DNA of 64,000 nt from Eledone cirrhosa (GCA_964016885.1 CAXHJY010000351.1:8994-72993), one strand, 5' to 3'. Counted from the first letter of the stretch, positions 43,941 to 59,566 are shown. The notes: generated from the sequence alone by a model not told the origin. Translations and numbers: made by a program.

Positions 43941-44334
43941 GGAAAAAGTATGACTCCGACGGCAGTGCTCAAGCCGTTTCGACGGCTATTTCTGGCCAGA
44001 AATACCGGTCGAAACGGCTTGTGCTCTGCCGTCGGGGTCTTGAACATTTTCCCATATATATATATATATATTTATATGCCTCAGCATGGTCTCAGCTGGA
44101 TGGCAGGTAAAAGAGTAAAAGATATATATATATATACATATGGAAATTTGTAATAAATTGAAGTGAAATCGAACAGGTGCGTGTGTTTTTATTGGCAGCA
44201 ATATATATTCTGGTAGTTAATTTATCCATCTCTTTTTGTCGAATCATTAAAAAGCAACAGTAAACATAAACACATACACACACGCACTCTCATATATATA
44301 CACGCACAGATACATGTACACACACACATATATG

Positions 44335-44368
<34 letters not shown>

Positions 44369-44403
44369 TATATACATACAGTATATATATATATATATAT
44401 ACA

Positions 44404-44474
<71 letters not shown>

Positions 44475-44476
44475 CA

Positions 44477-44508
<32 letters not shown>

Positions 44509-44958
44509 TTCCACTCACTCACTCACTCTCCGTTTCTCCCCTTCTCACTTCCTCCCGCTTGGCTTGTAGTGGGTCTCTTCTTGCTCACATCTCACACACA
44601 TCAACACGGTCTGTACCTCTCTCGCTCATGAAATCCACCCAGCTTATGCTGACCGGACAACCATGTTGCTTGTTTATTTTCCTATCTTCGGTTTGCTTTT
44701 ATCCGTCTATGTTGTTTACTTGTCCCCCTCGCCTTACGCGAATTCTGGTCCCAATAACTTCTTTAGTTATTGCTCGCACCAACCTGAGGTATCTGATTTT
44801 TAATGCGATCAAATACCAATGATGGTTGGAAAATCACTGACGAAGGACTATTTTTATCATATGTAACCCATTTGCAAACCACGCAGTATTCTTCTTTCTT
44901 CTCATGTTTTTATATATATATATATATAGTATATATATATATATAGTATATATATATA

Positions 44959-45018
<60 letters not shown>

Positions 45019-45048
45019 TATATATACAGTATATATATATATATAGTG

Positions 45049-45113
<65 letters not shown>

Positions 45114-45132
45114 TATAGATATATATATATAC

Positions 45133-45181
<49 letters not shown>

Positions 45182-45245
45182 TATATATATATATACTATA
45201 TATATATATATATACTATATATATATATACTATTATATATATACA

Positions 45246-45322
<77 letters not shown>

Positions 45323-45608
45323 GGAAGGTCATATTTGCGTAATATTGCCAGAATTAATAACAGAACACACTCACTGTTTGGTTGGTTTTCGCTTCTCGCT
45401 GTCTTTTATATATATATATCTGCAATCTAACTTACTCGGTCCTCAATGTTGCCATTGACTGACCGGCGGTCAAAAATAATACAGATACAATATAGACACA
45501 AACACATATATATAGTTTACATAATTTACATAAATCTTTCGTTGCACATCTGCAACATCGTCAGTGGTGTTATATTCATTACATTATATTCATTATATAT
45601 ATATAGTG

Positions 45609-45734
<126 letters not shown>

Positions 45735-45889
45735 CGCAGACAGGGAAGTCTATGATGTATACCCCCGATACTACACTATCACACAGTCTTACAGATATCC
45801 TCTTATAAATCTATTCCTTGTCAGATATAGTACATTATATTGTTTACTATATATATATCTATATCTATATATATATATATATATATATA

Positions 45890-46275
45890 TCTATATATCT
45901 ATATATTTATGTTTTACTTTATATCTCTCTATCTATATTTCTATATATCTATATATTTATGTTTTACTTTATATCTATATATCTATATTTCTATATATCT
46001 ATATATTTATGTTTTACTTTATATCTATATATCTATATTTCTATATATCTATATATTTATGTTTTACTTTATATCTATATATCTATATTTCTATATATCT
46101 ATATATTTATGTTTTACTTTATATCTATATATCTATATTTCTATATATCTATATATTTATGTTTTACTTTATATCTATATATCTATATTTCTATATATCT
46201 ATATATTTATGTTTTACTTTATATCTATATATCTATATTTCTATATATCTATATATTTATGTTTTACTTTATATA
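45890..46275. repeat. 50-bp AT-rich minisatellite, about 8 copies
   Basis: GTTTTACTTT recurs every 50 bp from 45911 to 46261. Confidence 0.95.
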
Positions 46276-46499
46276 TTATATTGATACGTGTGATATTATA
46301 TTTTTCATACGGTATGTTATACGTTGTTGCCGTTAATCCATTACATGATTAAGATATCACGGTGATATCTCCCGTGGATATATCTGATATGGAATGTATG
46401 TATTGTTCTACGTGTATGTGGTTGTTGATGCTAATGAAGATGGTATCGGTGGTGGTGATGATGGCGTTGGGGGTGGTGATGATGGCCGTGGAGCCAACA

Positions 46500-46899
<400 letters not shown>

Positions 46900-47091
46900 A
46901 TAGTCACCTTAACGATTAACACATGTCCTTATTAAGAAACACAAACGAAGCGTAGCAGTCTGTCTCTCTCCCCCTCTCTCTCTCTCCCTCTCTCTTTCAC
47001 CTTATTCTACTGCACCATTACCACCACAACCATTATCAACGTCAACACATACACATAGAGACATACAAGTACACACACACACGCACATATA

Positions 47092-47201
47092 TACAGGGTG
47101 TCCCCAAAAATCTATACACACTTCAACGGCATTCTAATAAATATTTCCTGTACAGGTAATCAAAGTGTGTATATGTTTGGTGGGGTGGGGAGGGGCACCC
47201 T
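47092..47201. mobile_element. Tc1/mariner-type MITE (copies about 33012-33091, 42110-42185; single ends at about 31435, 32915, 48629)
   Basis: TA-CAGGGTGTCCC..GGGACACCCTG-TA style terminal inverted repeats, 80-110 bp. Confidence 0.65.
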
Positions 47202-47319
47202 CTTTATATACGCGTGATACGGACGGACGTGAGAATGAGTACTCAATACCAAATTGGATTTAAATATTATTTATTATGGCTGTTAAGTGGGGAGTGTGAA
47301 CTCAGAGGATCGTCGATGT

Positions 47320-47703
47320 TCAGGACAAAAAGTCCAATCGAAGGAACGACAGATCGTTATGTAACGACTCTACGGACTGTCATGCACACAAAGTTTCCGC
47401 CGTGAGCAGTGAGGGATATGTCATACCTTCTCACTTCCTTCCTCAGGACCTAAGGACAATGCTGCTGATTGTAAGGAGGTGTTGGAAAGGGCAGTGTGAC
47501 CTTAGATAGAGATTGTAAGCAAAGGAAGACCGTACACCTACCAACAAGTTTCTACACTGTCTCATAAGGCCAAGACGAACCAATAAGGGATGTGTTAGAA
47601 TCCCGCCAATCCCGTCACCACTAAATATATGGCCCCTTAGTTCTTCAGACTTGAATCTGTAGAACTACTATGAATGGCGTGTAGTCGAGAGGGAAGTCAA
47701 TCA
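47320..47703 (+). pseudogene. Decayed Tc1/mariner-superfamily (DD37D-like) transposase fragment
   Basis: VMHTKFP..SEG..HF..GRPYTYQQVS..HKAKT..IWPLSSSDLNL*NYYEWRVVEREVN resembles WPPSSPDLNPLDY; stops and frameshifts. Confidence 0.75.
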
Positions 47704-48059
47704 TTTAAAACAGAAGGTTACCAAACTATAGATCCCCCTTGTCGACACCTTCTCCAACAACCTCTGTTCAAATTATCTCGTAATTGCATTTAACATTTTC
47801 AAATCCCATAATTTGTTCTCCATAAGTTTATTGCAACAGGTGACCATCTAACGACCCATAATTATATAACTATCCCTTAAAAGGATTACGAAACATGAAC
47901 AAAAATCCCTTTATACAGCGCCAGAGATTTAATACAATACCCCTCTAGCGGTATTTTTACCTCGCATCTCGGATCAGTCACGTGGTAAAGATCCAAACCA
48001 GAGGTGAACGTCCTTACCATATGGAGGTGTGGCAGATAGACATACTACCACATACGCAG

Positions 48060-48101
<42 letters not shown>

Positions 48102-48454
48102 GCAACAAAAAGAAACAAGCATAAAACACAGTTATTGAGCCCCACAGATGTGAAACAAACGATATAGAAAAATATTTAATAATGAAGCATTTGATCCAGC
48201 ATGGACCTGGCCTTGGTAGGTAAAAATTAACCTAAAGAACTAAAGGTGAAATCTATTTAACACGACTTCTTCCCCTAAACTAGAAGTTCTTACAGAACAT
48301 TGACTTAAGACCGGAACCCAGAGAGACAGACGAGTGAGTGTCAAACAGAACCGCTAGACAACTCCTCTCTGATAATATATATATATTTCATGTACAACAC
48401 TACACACACATATATATATATATACATATATATATATATTTCATGTACAACATT

Positions 48455-48506
<52 letters not shown>

Positions 48507-48529
48507 GTGTGTATATGTATATATATATG

Positions 48530-48636
<107 letters not shown>

Positions 48637-48664
48637 TTCCAAAAGATGTATACATACTTCAACA

Positions 48665-48850
48665 ACATTCTAATAAATATGTGCATATATATTATATATA
48701 TATATACATTCTAATAAATATGTGCATATATATTATATATATATATACATTCTAATAAATATGTACATATATATTATATATATACATTCTAATAAATATG
48801 TGCATATATATTATATTATATATATACATTCTAATAAATATGTGCATATA
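48665..48850. repeat. About 40-bp tandem repeat (5 copies) seeded from a MITE end
   Basis: CATTCTAATAAATATGTGCATATAT.. repeated directly after an AGGGTATTCCAAAAGATGTATAC terminal repeat. Confidence 0.8.
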
Positions 48851-50464
48851 TATATATACATATAATATATATTCCCCCCCCCCCACACACACACGTGTCT
48901 TGTTAAGCTCAACAGGACCGTGTGTGCCTGTTGGCAAAATGTTGCGAGCAGATGTATCTTTAAAAGCTGGAGACATCACGTGTTCTAGATTACAATTTTA
49001 ACACTCATGTCGCATCTCGCCCTCCTTCCTCCCACTACCTCTATCTCCTGCCACCCCCTCATATATCTCCTTCCTCCCACTACCTCTATCACCTGCCACC
49101 CCCCTCATATGTCTCCTTTCCCTCCTACTCCATATATTTCTTCATTTTCTTTATTTTTCCCTATCTATTTTCTACGTTGGAAAATGTTGGCTACGGGAAT
49201 CACCCTTCATCCTCCTCTTCATCTTGCTCTGGTGGTGTCCAGCAGAAGCAAGGGGGGACAATCGTCGATGCATTTCAGACTTAACTGGTTCTCATCAGCA
49301 CGATCCCCCCTCCCACGCAACTGATGGACTTGAAAACTGTCGAGAATATATAGTTTTTTTTTCATCTGTGTAAATGAGCTGATTTATCTCATTTGCATAT
49401 GAAGCTGCATAAGTATGCTCAACTTATAATAGAATAGAATTAGAATTTAGCTACACTTTCCGTCTATTTAATATCACTCACAAGTCATGAGTTGACCCTA
49501 GGCCATTGTTAACGACACCTGCACCCAAAGATTCCATGCAGAGGAATTGAAACCGGTATATAATAATTACGAATCGAAGTCCTTAACCATTTTAAGAATA
49601 TCCCTTGCTACGTCTACTAAATATTTACACAACAGAAAATACAAATAAATACAACAAAAAAAAAAGCACACACACACACAACCAATGACAAAAAAGTTAT
49701 AAATAATGACCCCCCACCCCCACCCCCCCGCCCCCGCCCCCAACAAAAACACAATCAAAACAAAAAACAAAAAAAAACTATTGTCATCTAACGTGACCGA
49801 AATGTTTGACATAAAAAAGAAAGAATATCTAAAAATAAAACAGCATAACAGACCTATAAAAGAACAGCAGCAACAACAACAACAACAACAACAACACAAC
49901 CATTGTCTCGGCGTGACCTTAACTATTAACAAACACCACAACAATATTTTTTTAAATATAAAATTAATGAATTGGATGTGAAAAAAAGCACGTGGCTGTA
50001 AAAGCTATGGTGCGTTACAAAACCGAAACGTTTGATGATCAACAATGTAAAAAACCCTGAATAAAACAATAATGGAATGTCTAATGATAACCTTGTTACA
50101 ATCTAAAGTCTATGAAGAGCCATTTAATGTTTGACAAAGACAACAAAAGTTTAAACATAGAAAATATATAATTCCTAATAAATATATCAAATACAAAACA
50201 CAAATAAAACTAAATTACAATTTTAGAATTTAAACATACACACAATATCGCTTGATATGAGCACAGCCAAGTCCCTAGCAGGACAAGACTAAAAAGCCAC
50301 GTCAATGACGCTCATGCTTAAGTATCAATTGATAGCATTACTCAAAATAAAGTTGCAGCTATCATCATCATCATCATGTATGTATGTATGTATGTATGTA
50401 TGTATGTATGTATGTATGTATGTATGTATGTATGTATGTATGTATGTATGTATGTATGTATGTT

Positions 50465-51405
50465 TCTTGGTGAGGAGGGTGACTTTGGACATCCTGCAGG
50501 ACTAAAAACAAAACCTGTCAAAGGGCAAAGGAGCTCTTAAGAGTCAATGGCCATCCAAAATCACTGGGAGAGATGACCCCTTAGCCTTTGTCAAGGCAGA
50601 ATTCTAGGAGAAGGAAAACTCTGATATAACACCTGCAACCCTGATGGTATCCAATGATGTTGACTTATTCTTCTTTTTGGTAAATATCATCTTGGTTAAG
50701 AGAGTGGGACTGGCTTTGTGCAGTGCCTTTGCTCACTATAAAAGCTTCACGGCACAGGTATTGCTTTATAACTGGAGATCTCTCTGCACTTGTCGTCACA
50801 TGGTACCATGGGCCCAGAACTATGTGTCAATAATTGTCACAAGTGTAGTGTTTGTACCAGAGTTTTCAAGTCGTTGGCTGAACTAAAAAATCACACTCGT
50901 TCACCGCATCGGTAGGGGTTCTCCTACATGGATATAAAGTAGTGGCCGTACTCGAAAACGAGTTGGCAGCCACTATGTATGTATGTATGTATGTATGTAT
51001 GTATGTATGTATGTATGTATGTATGTATGTATGTATGTATAAATATATATAATGTCAGGTTGTTCTTCGGCGCTACAAGTAATATTTAACTCAGTACAAC
51101 CTATGCATGATCGGGACGTTGGTGACTAAACCATCAACCTCACAAGGCTTGCTTGGTGAGGAGGCTGATTTTTGGACATCCTGTGTGATGAAATCAAAAC
51201 CTGTGAAAGGGCGGAGGAACTCAGGAGAGTCAACGGTTATACAATAACGTTTTTTTTTTGTGGATCGTGAGATTCCTAGTCTTCATTAAGACACCCCTCT
51301 AGGAGAAGGTCACTCTGATATAAAACCTGCGACTTCGTTTGCATCCAATGATGTAGATCAGTGCTTTCTTTTGGGTAAATGTATTCGATGTTCAGAGAGT
51401 AGAAC
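50465..51405 (+). mobile_element. Two diverged copies of a retroelement segment (RTE 5' UTR-like), each downstream of a (TATG)n tract
   Basis: CTTGGTGAGGAGG..TTTGGACATCCTG..AAAACCTGT..AAGGGC..CTAGGAGAAGG..ACTCTGATATAA at about 50466 and 51153. Confidence 0.5.
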
Positions 51406-51485
51406 TCATTTCCTGCTATTTCAAGCGTTAAACTAAAATATTCCGTCAATGTACCGTGTCGTTTGCTTTCTTATTTCTGTTTATC

Positions 51486-51535
<50 letters not shown>

Positions 51536-51805
51536 TATTCATATATATGTATTTTTCTCTAAGGATAGTTTTTTCAAAGAATCCCGATTGTTCAAATCCA
51601 TCAGCCAATGACCTCCACCCAACCCACTCACCACCTTCCCCTACCACTAGAAAATGTATAAATACCACCACAACACATTAACAGTCGGCTTTCCTTTGAA
51701 TGAAACAGTTCTAGTCCCGTAGAAGCCATTTCTATATTAAATATTTATACTCTGCTATGTATTGAGTACCTTACTTATTGTGGTTACCCCCGATTGAACC
51801 CGACA

Positions 51806-51911
<106 letters not shown>

Positions 51912-52013
51912 AACGAGTAGGTCCTACTCGTTCCTATTACCCACTCTACTACCCTAAGTATTGAGTACTTTGGTTCGTTATGGTCCACCTGGTTCCTTAC
52001 CACATTTCCTCCG

Positions 52014-52074
<61 letters not shown>

Positions 52075-53165
52075 TATATATATATAGATAGATTACATAA
52101 GTATCAAAGTTATGTTTAAATCATTTAATCGCTGACAATTGTTTCTTCCAAACTTAAGCTTGGAATACTCGGAGCATTATCAATGTGTGTACATATAATT
52201 AACCTCCTATTCAACTGAAGAATCATACAGATACATATATATTGATGTTGTGGACAACAGTTTCATGTTTACAGGGTGAAATGGATGCGACATATATTAT
52301 ACGAGAAGTGTACAATAATTAAAATTAAGATTAAAATTAAAATTAAAAATTAAAAATTAAAAATTAAAAATTAAAATTAAAAGCACAGAGTGGAATACAT
52401 GCGACAGCTAATACAAGAGAATAGTCTAATAATTAAAGAGATAGTACATGCGTTAGTCATATATAAAGGAATGGAACAAGCAAATGTATTATGCATATAT
52501 GAGTACTGTATTGTCAGCGATTAAATGATTTAAACATAACTTTGATACTTATGTAATATATATTACTGCTCTGTAAAACACCTGATTTTCTTACCTTGAG
52601 CTATTTCTCTTACTGGTAATAAGGTAGTAATACATTACTGACCTTCCCTCTTTATAGTTGTTTATAGTATAGTATATACATAACTATAAATAGTATCTTT
52701 AATATTATATATATATATATATACACTTGATTGATGTCTTTTGGATATTTAATCACCTATCATTATCAATTTTTATCAAGCAAATTAGACAAACAAAGTA
52801 TTATTAAAGTGGTTCGCAGTGGAAATTGTACTACTGAACTTCACAATCACGACAAAACAGATCAAATATGTAGCAAGAAAGTCAGAAAAAAATCAATGGC
52901 TAACGATGACACCGAAACGTTAGCAGTGAAATATACAGGGAATTAAGAAAATAAAAAAAGAAGTTTAAGTCTTTACTTAATACCAGTTGAATCCGGAACT
53001 TAATACATATTTATTACATGAAAAAATATTATTACACCACATGTTTCTGTTCTATATAGCTAACTAGTACATACACATAGAAACATAGAGATATATACAT
53101 TTTATATGAATATATATATATGTATATATATATATGATGTGTGTGTATATTTTTACACACATACA

Positions 53166-53206
<41 letters not shown>

Positions 53207-53402
53207 ACGTGTACATTCATACATTTCCATACACAAACATATATACACATACTATTTATCTATATATGCATACTAATATACACACACAAACACATATATA
53301 GGTATATGTATATACAAACATGTGTACGCAAAAAAATTGATATATATACTTGTGTGTACATGCATACATACATATATATATATATATATACATACATATA
53401 CA

Positions 53403-53484
<82 letters not shown>

Positions 53485-53545
53485 TATATACATATATATA
53501 CATATATATATATTTATATATATACATACATATATATATATACAG

Positions 53546-53581
<36 letters not shown>

Positions 53582-53711
53582 GCACTTTCGGATTTCTGGC
53601 TCATTGACTTTGTGAACGTATAGACATGGCGGAAGAAATAGTTCAGTTTATAGAACCTATTATTATTATTACTATTATTATTATTATTATTACTACTACT
53701 ACTACTACTAC

Positions 53712-53751
<40 letters not shown>

Positions 53752-53847
53752 GTTATTGTTATCATTATTGTTGTTCTTGTTGTTGTTTGCTTTTAGGGAC
53801 CAAATAAACAGATAAATAAAGAAATATATGTAAGGTCCCAGTGGACC

Positions 53848-53867
53848 ACTTACCTAAGGGAAACATT
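53848..53867 (-). other. Candidate recursive splice site (ratchet point) or 5' splice site of a tiny exon
   Basis: Minus strand AATGTTTCCCTTAG|GTAAGTGG: a 3' splice site fused to a perfect 5' splice site at 53854/53853, in non-repetitive sequence with a U-rich upstream stretch. Confidence 0.4.
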
Positions 53868-54016
53868 TTCGACTTACACTGGAAACACCCATATGGTGAA
53901 TGTTGGGGTCGGGGTTGGAGAGGGGGATTAAAAAAATTTGAATAAAATAAAAAATGCAAATAAATAAACAAAAATAAAATCTTTTCCTTATGTGTTTTAT
54001 AGCACAGTTTTCATGA

Positions 54017-54080
<64 letters not shown>

Positions 54081-54128
54081 TGTAAAAAATATTTCCCAGT
54101 GTAAACATATACAGACACACATTCACAC

Positions 54129-54219
<91 letters not shown>

Positions 54220-55092
54220 GTATATATATATACATTCATGTAAACACATATTTCAGGTAAAATAACTCCGAGTGAGTATTAGTGTACTTAGTGACGTTAA
54301 ATTCCTCAAGTCAACTAAACATAGGCACACATGTGCTTCACACACACACATACACGCACATGCACACATACACACACACACACACACACATACAGACACA
54401 CACACAAGCACACACTGATGCAAACCACACTCGACATCAACATGTCATATAAGTCAAATGTTTTATGACCCTATACACACCCAGCAGAAACTCCTGAATA
54501 TCAGGCCACTGACTCGACCTTAATAAAACTATTCATCTCTTCTGTGGTTATTGAGGTCTCATTCTTACGTTTGTCAATGCTAACAAGAGTATATATATAT
54601 ATATAATTAGGGAGAGTCACACACAAACGAAGTGTGCATATACATATATACGTATACAAATATATAATATATATATATACGATATTAACAAATGGAAACT
54701 ATATTTATAAAACCATATCTATTTTATTATACATATTTCAAGGATACCATGTTAAATTATGGTATGCTTTCATCAGACAAAATACAATATATAACAGTTT
54801 TTGCTTGTTGTATCCCAGCAATTTAAATAGAACTTTTGCATATATATATATATATATATATTTATAAAAATAATAGATTAAAGTTTAAGCAAAGAATCGC
54901 TGCTTTCACGGGATCTTCTGCAGATCCCGTTAAGGTTGAAAGCAGCGATTCCTTGCTTAAACTTTAATCTGTTATTTTAATAAATATTTGCTCTACGGTT
55001 TTTATATATTTGATATATATTTATCCTTATCGAGCCCTCTTTGGATTTTAGTCTTCAAATTTATTATTATTACTATATATATATATATATAT

Positions 55093-55312
55093 ATAACGAA
55101 GGAAATGTGGTAAGGAACCAGGTGGACCATAACGCACCAAAGTACTCAATACTTAGGGTAGTAGATTGGGTAATAGAAACGAGTAGGACCCCGACGGCTG
55201 AGTTCAAGCCGTTTCGGCGGCTAATTCTGGACTAAAGAGATCCATTCCATTTTAGTCAAGAATTAGCCGTCGAAACGGCTTGAGCTCAGCCGTCGAGGTC
55301 TTACTGGTTCCT
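55093..55312. mobile_element. Penelope-like pseudo-LTR, family E (copies about 16010-16162, 29200-29380, 43940-44053, 51909-52015, 55510-55677)
   Basis: Shared AACGAAGGAAATGTGGTAAGGAACCAGGTGGACC.. block in (TA)n. Inverted arms keep the hammerhead 3' half GAAACGGC..GCCGTC^GRGGTC. Confidence 0.62.
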
Positions 55313-55673
55313 ATATATATATATATATATATTGTTATACTTGGGAAGGGTCATATTTGTGTAATATTGCCAGAATTAATAACAGAACACACTCACTGTT
55401 TGGTTGGTTGGTTTTCGCTTTTCGCTTCTGTGTCTTTTATATCGGTAATCTAATTTATTCGATCCTCCATGTTGCGATTGACTGACCAACGGTCAAAATA
55501 TATATATATATAACGAAGGAAATGTGGTAAGGAACCAGGTGGACCATAACGCACCAAAGTACTCAATAGTTAGGGTAGTAGAGTGGGTAATAGGAACGAG
55601 TAGGACCCCGACGGCTGAGCTCAGAGTTAGCCGTCCAAACGGCTTGAGCTCAGCCGCCGGGGTCCTACTCGTT

Positions 55674-55752
<79 letters not shown>

Positions 55753-56065
55753 TTATATATATATATATACACACATGGCATACACATTGGAGGGTTAGGT
55801 AGGTAACTATATAATAAATGTATCCAGCACTGAAAAAGCCAAGCTACAATAATATCTGCAGCGAGAGAGAAATTAATACTAGGGAAAAAAATACTGAAAA
55901 TGAAACCAACAAAAAAAATATTTTGCGATGACTAATATTGTTTGTTTTATTGTTTACCAATTGTATTGTAGTAGATTCCTTGGTCAAGATAGTGGACATC
56001 ATCATCATCATCAACATCATGAACATCATTACATCATCATCATCACTTTATTATCATCATTATCT

Positions 56066-56142
56066 GCCTCTGTGGCCCAATGGATAAGGCACAGGCCTCC
56101 TTAAGCCGGGGATTGGCGGGTTCGAGTCCCCGTCAGAAGGTA
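56066..56142 (+). tRNA. tRNA-Arg(CCT)-like gene or pseudogene
   Basis: GCCTCTGTGGCCCAATGGATAAGGCACAGGCCTCCT(T)AAGCCGGGGATT(G)GCGGGTTCGAGTCCC(C)GTCAGA(A)GGT. A and B boxes, pairing acceptor stem and CCT anticodon, with T-runs just downstream. Four extra homopolymer bases. Confidence 0.75.
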
Positions 56143-56160
56143 TTAGTAAATTTTGTTTTT

Positions 56161-56362
56161 AGGTGCGGTGGATTGGCAGGTATCGGTAGAGGGTCGGGCA
56201 CAATGCTTTGAAGCATAGAATTACCTCCCTTTATGATCTGAGTTTCAAATCCTGCCGAGGTTAACTTTGCCTTTCATCCTTACGGGTGGTCGATTAAATA
56301 ACAGTACCAGTAATGCACTGGGATAATTGCTGGCTCTGTGTGCCAAAAAGTAGAAACAATTA
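56161..56362 (+). mobile_element. Abundant tRNA-derived SINE, full-length example (about 18 copies in window)
   Basis: A-box-like TGGCAG..GGTAG, B-box GAGTTCAAATCC, core GCCTTTCATCCTTACGGGGTCGATAAAATAAAGTACCAG, tail GTGCCAAAAGTAGAAACAATTA. Copies near 1920, 2070, 3675, 7885, 8120, 8262, 12747, 14672, 25438, 25690, 27170, 31588, 33530, 34412, 36265, 43143 and 59257. Confidence 0.85.
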
Positions 56363-58207
56363 ATTATCATTATCGTCATCATCATCATTTCATCACCATC
56401 ATCACAATTATCATTATCATCAATAAATCATCGAATTATTATTATTATCATCATCATCATCATCATCATCAACATAAGAATCAATAGTGCATCGAATGAA
56501 ATGTATTGCTTTATTTAGTTACAACCCTTTATATTCTGGTTTCAAAACATACTCTATAGCAATCTATGTTATATCACACACGACACTGCACCATACTACA
56601 CCACACCACATTATATCCCACTACGTTACACCACACCACACTGCATTATATTGCACCATGATACACCACACTGCACCTCACTATAGAACACCACACAACA
56701 CCGCCGCACCACACTATAGAACACCACACCACACTATATTCCACTACGCTACACCACACCACACTGCACAATACAAGACCACACCACTTCATACAACGTC
56801 ACAACATATCACCCCACACCACACCACACTACACGACACTCCCACCACACCACACTACACTACACCACATCACTCCACACCACACCACACTGCACTAACT
56901 ACAACACATTTCCACCATACCACACCACACTACACCACATCACTCCACACCACACTACACGACACTCCCACCACACCACACTACACTACACTAACTACAA
57001 CACATTTCCACCATACCACACCACACCTCATCACACTACACTACACTACACCACACGACACTTTAATCGCACTACGCCACAACGCACCACACCACACGAA
57101 ACTATATCATACCACTCCATACCACATCACACTTTATCACACAACACAACACACCACCACACTGCACCATACAACACCACACCACTCCAAACCACACCAC
57201 ACTGCACTACACTAACTACACCACATTTCTGCCATACCACACCACTCCACACCACATCACACTTTATCACACAACACGACACACCACCACACTGCACCAT
57301 ACAACACCACACTACATCACTCCACACCAAACCACACTAACTACACCACATTTCCACCACACCACACCACATCACTCCATACCACATCACACTATAATCG
57401 CACTACGCTACACCACACCACACCACACCACATCACACTTTATCACACAACACAACACACCACCACACTGCACCATACACCACCACACCACCATCCGATG
57501 AAACGATAAATGGATGGGTGGATAAAAATGTAGATTACGACTGAAAATATCCAGTTTGACGCCATCTTTAATATCTCAGTACCTGAACAACCCCAAAAGT
57601 CATCCAGCCATCCAGAAGCCACATATTTCCCGCTCTACGTTATCTTGTTTTGTTTTTATTTTAGTTTATCTGTCATTCTTTCTTTAGTTTATTTCGTGTT
57701 GTGTTCTAGTTACAAGCCTCAATTGAGCGGAAAGCTCAAAGTCAGGTGTTCAATTTCCGGCCGGGCTAGGTTCTGAGTTAATAACTAGATTGTTACTACA
57801 TATTATAGTTTGTATTGTTACTGTTGTAAATTGTCGCAGCACGCCATTTTCCATTTTTCATTTATATTTTTCCCTCCGCTGTGACCAGTCTGTTTCTTTC
57901 TTACTGCTATCCCCTTTCTCTCTCCTTGTATCTCTTACCCTCATTCACCCCTCTGCCAGTCACCCTATCTCGGCTGGCCTCTTCCTCACACTTTCACTGA
58001 CTCCCTCTCTGCTACTTTCCCCCCTCTCACTTCCTCCCGTCTGACCTGTGTGAAATCCTTTTCTCGCTCACATTTCACCTGGTTTCCATAATATTTTTTA
58101 TATCGAATAATAATAATATTCGAACCATTTGCAAGCAAACAGTTTCAATATGCTATGTGTTTTAGACGACCATCGCTATCTTTTTCTTCTGACTGTGACA
58201 GAGATAG

Positions 58208-58257
58208 ACGATCTTGACAAAGGGCAATAACCCAGAAACAATATTATTGTCGATTGT
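58208..58257 (+). ncRNA. Degenerate hammerhead motif inside an imperfect inverted repeat (about 58125-58340)
   Basis: ACGATC-TTGACAA(mutated core)-AGGG caataa CCCA-GAA-ACAAT att ATTGT-C^GATTGT, preceded by a pyrimidine-rich tract. Confidence 0.55.
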
Positions 58258-58344
58258 TCCTCTCTGACACTGGTAGAACAAAAGGAGTAGGATGGTCATC
58301 TAAAAAACATAGTGTAATGAAGCTGTCTGCTTACAAACGAATCA

Positions 58345-58377
<33 letters not shown>

Positions 58378-59153
58378 TCATTTATCTTGCTTTATGTTCA
58401 TACGAGTTATCACCAAGTCACAACCAGTGACCCCAAGAGACAATAAGGTCCGCCATGTTCAAGAAAGAACACATACACACATACATGTATCTAGGTGTTT
58501 AGACCTGTGATGTATTTATATTGACAGAATCTTCCTTAGTATATGAGCAGTCCCCATTAGTACTATCTTTTGTATTTTTTCTATACGCGGGTTTCCTGGG
58601 ATTTGGGATAAGTAATCATTAGACCTAATATTATTATTTGATATAAAACTCACAAATGCATTTACATATCCGTTATGCTAGAGCGAAACTAATTTTGTTT
58701 TTACATATTATGACTGCCTTTTTTTTTTATATACGAATAAATTATTTCTCTAAAAAAACATTTGCTTTAATTAATGACTTACTAAAATTATGGGGGTGAG
58801 GATTATCTGGGCTCAGCGACTTTTAGAAAATCGTTTGTAAATGAGGTAGGGAAGCCACTGTCCTAGATATACAAAACAGACGGTTTAGTAATAACTCTAT
58901 GTAAATTTGATTGAAAATTAACTAAAATTTAATTAAATATAAATTTGACTATATTATTAACAATATATATATAAAGTAATAATAAATGTGAAGACTAAAA
59001 TTCGAAGATGGTTCGATAAGGATTATATATATATATATAATATATAATATATAATATATATATATAGTCCCGTAGAGCAAATATTTATTATGAGAACAGA
59101 TTAAAGTTTAAGCAAAGAATCACTGCTTTCACCCTTAACGGGATCCTCTGAAG

Positions 59154-59203
<50 letters not shown>

Positions 59204-59530
59204 CATATATACACATACATATATATGAGTATTCAATACCATAATAAATATTATTGAGGGTCGGACGCCATGCTTTGCAGCAAAGAGTTACGGCCCTTTA
59301 TGATCTGTTTTCAAATCCCGTCGAGGTTAACTTTGCCTTTCATCCTTACGGGGTCGATAAAATAAAGTACCAGTAATACACTGAGATAATTGCTGGCCTT
59401 GTGACAAAAGTAGAAACAATTATTTCCTTTATTAAGGGCGAGTTTTTGTCTTGTTACTACTAGTTCTTTCTGAGTAACCACAGGGTCATCAGACAGCACC
59501 TTCGCCTTTCAAAAGAAAACACCGCCCACC

Positions 59531-59566
<36 letters not shown>

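Noticed and set aside
53765-53971. KMFPLG in the minus ORF as a degenerate hexapeptide
   Set aside because: Lacks the invariant Trp; surrounding sequence is not coding-like.
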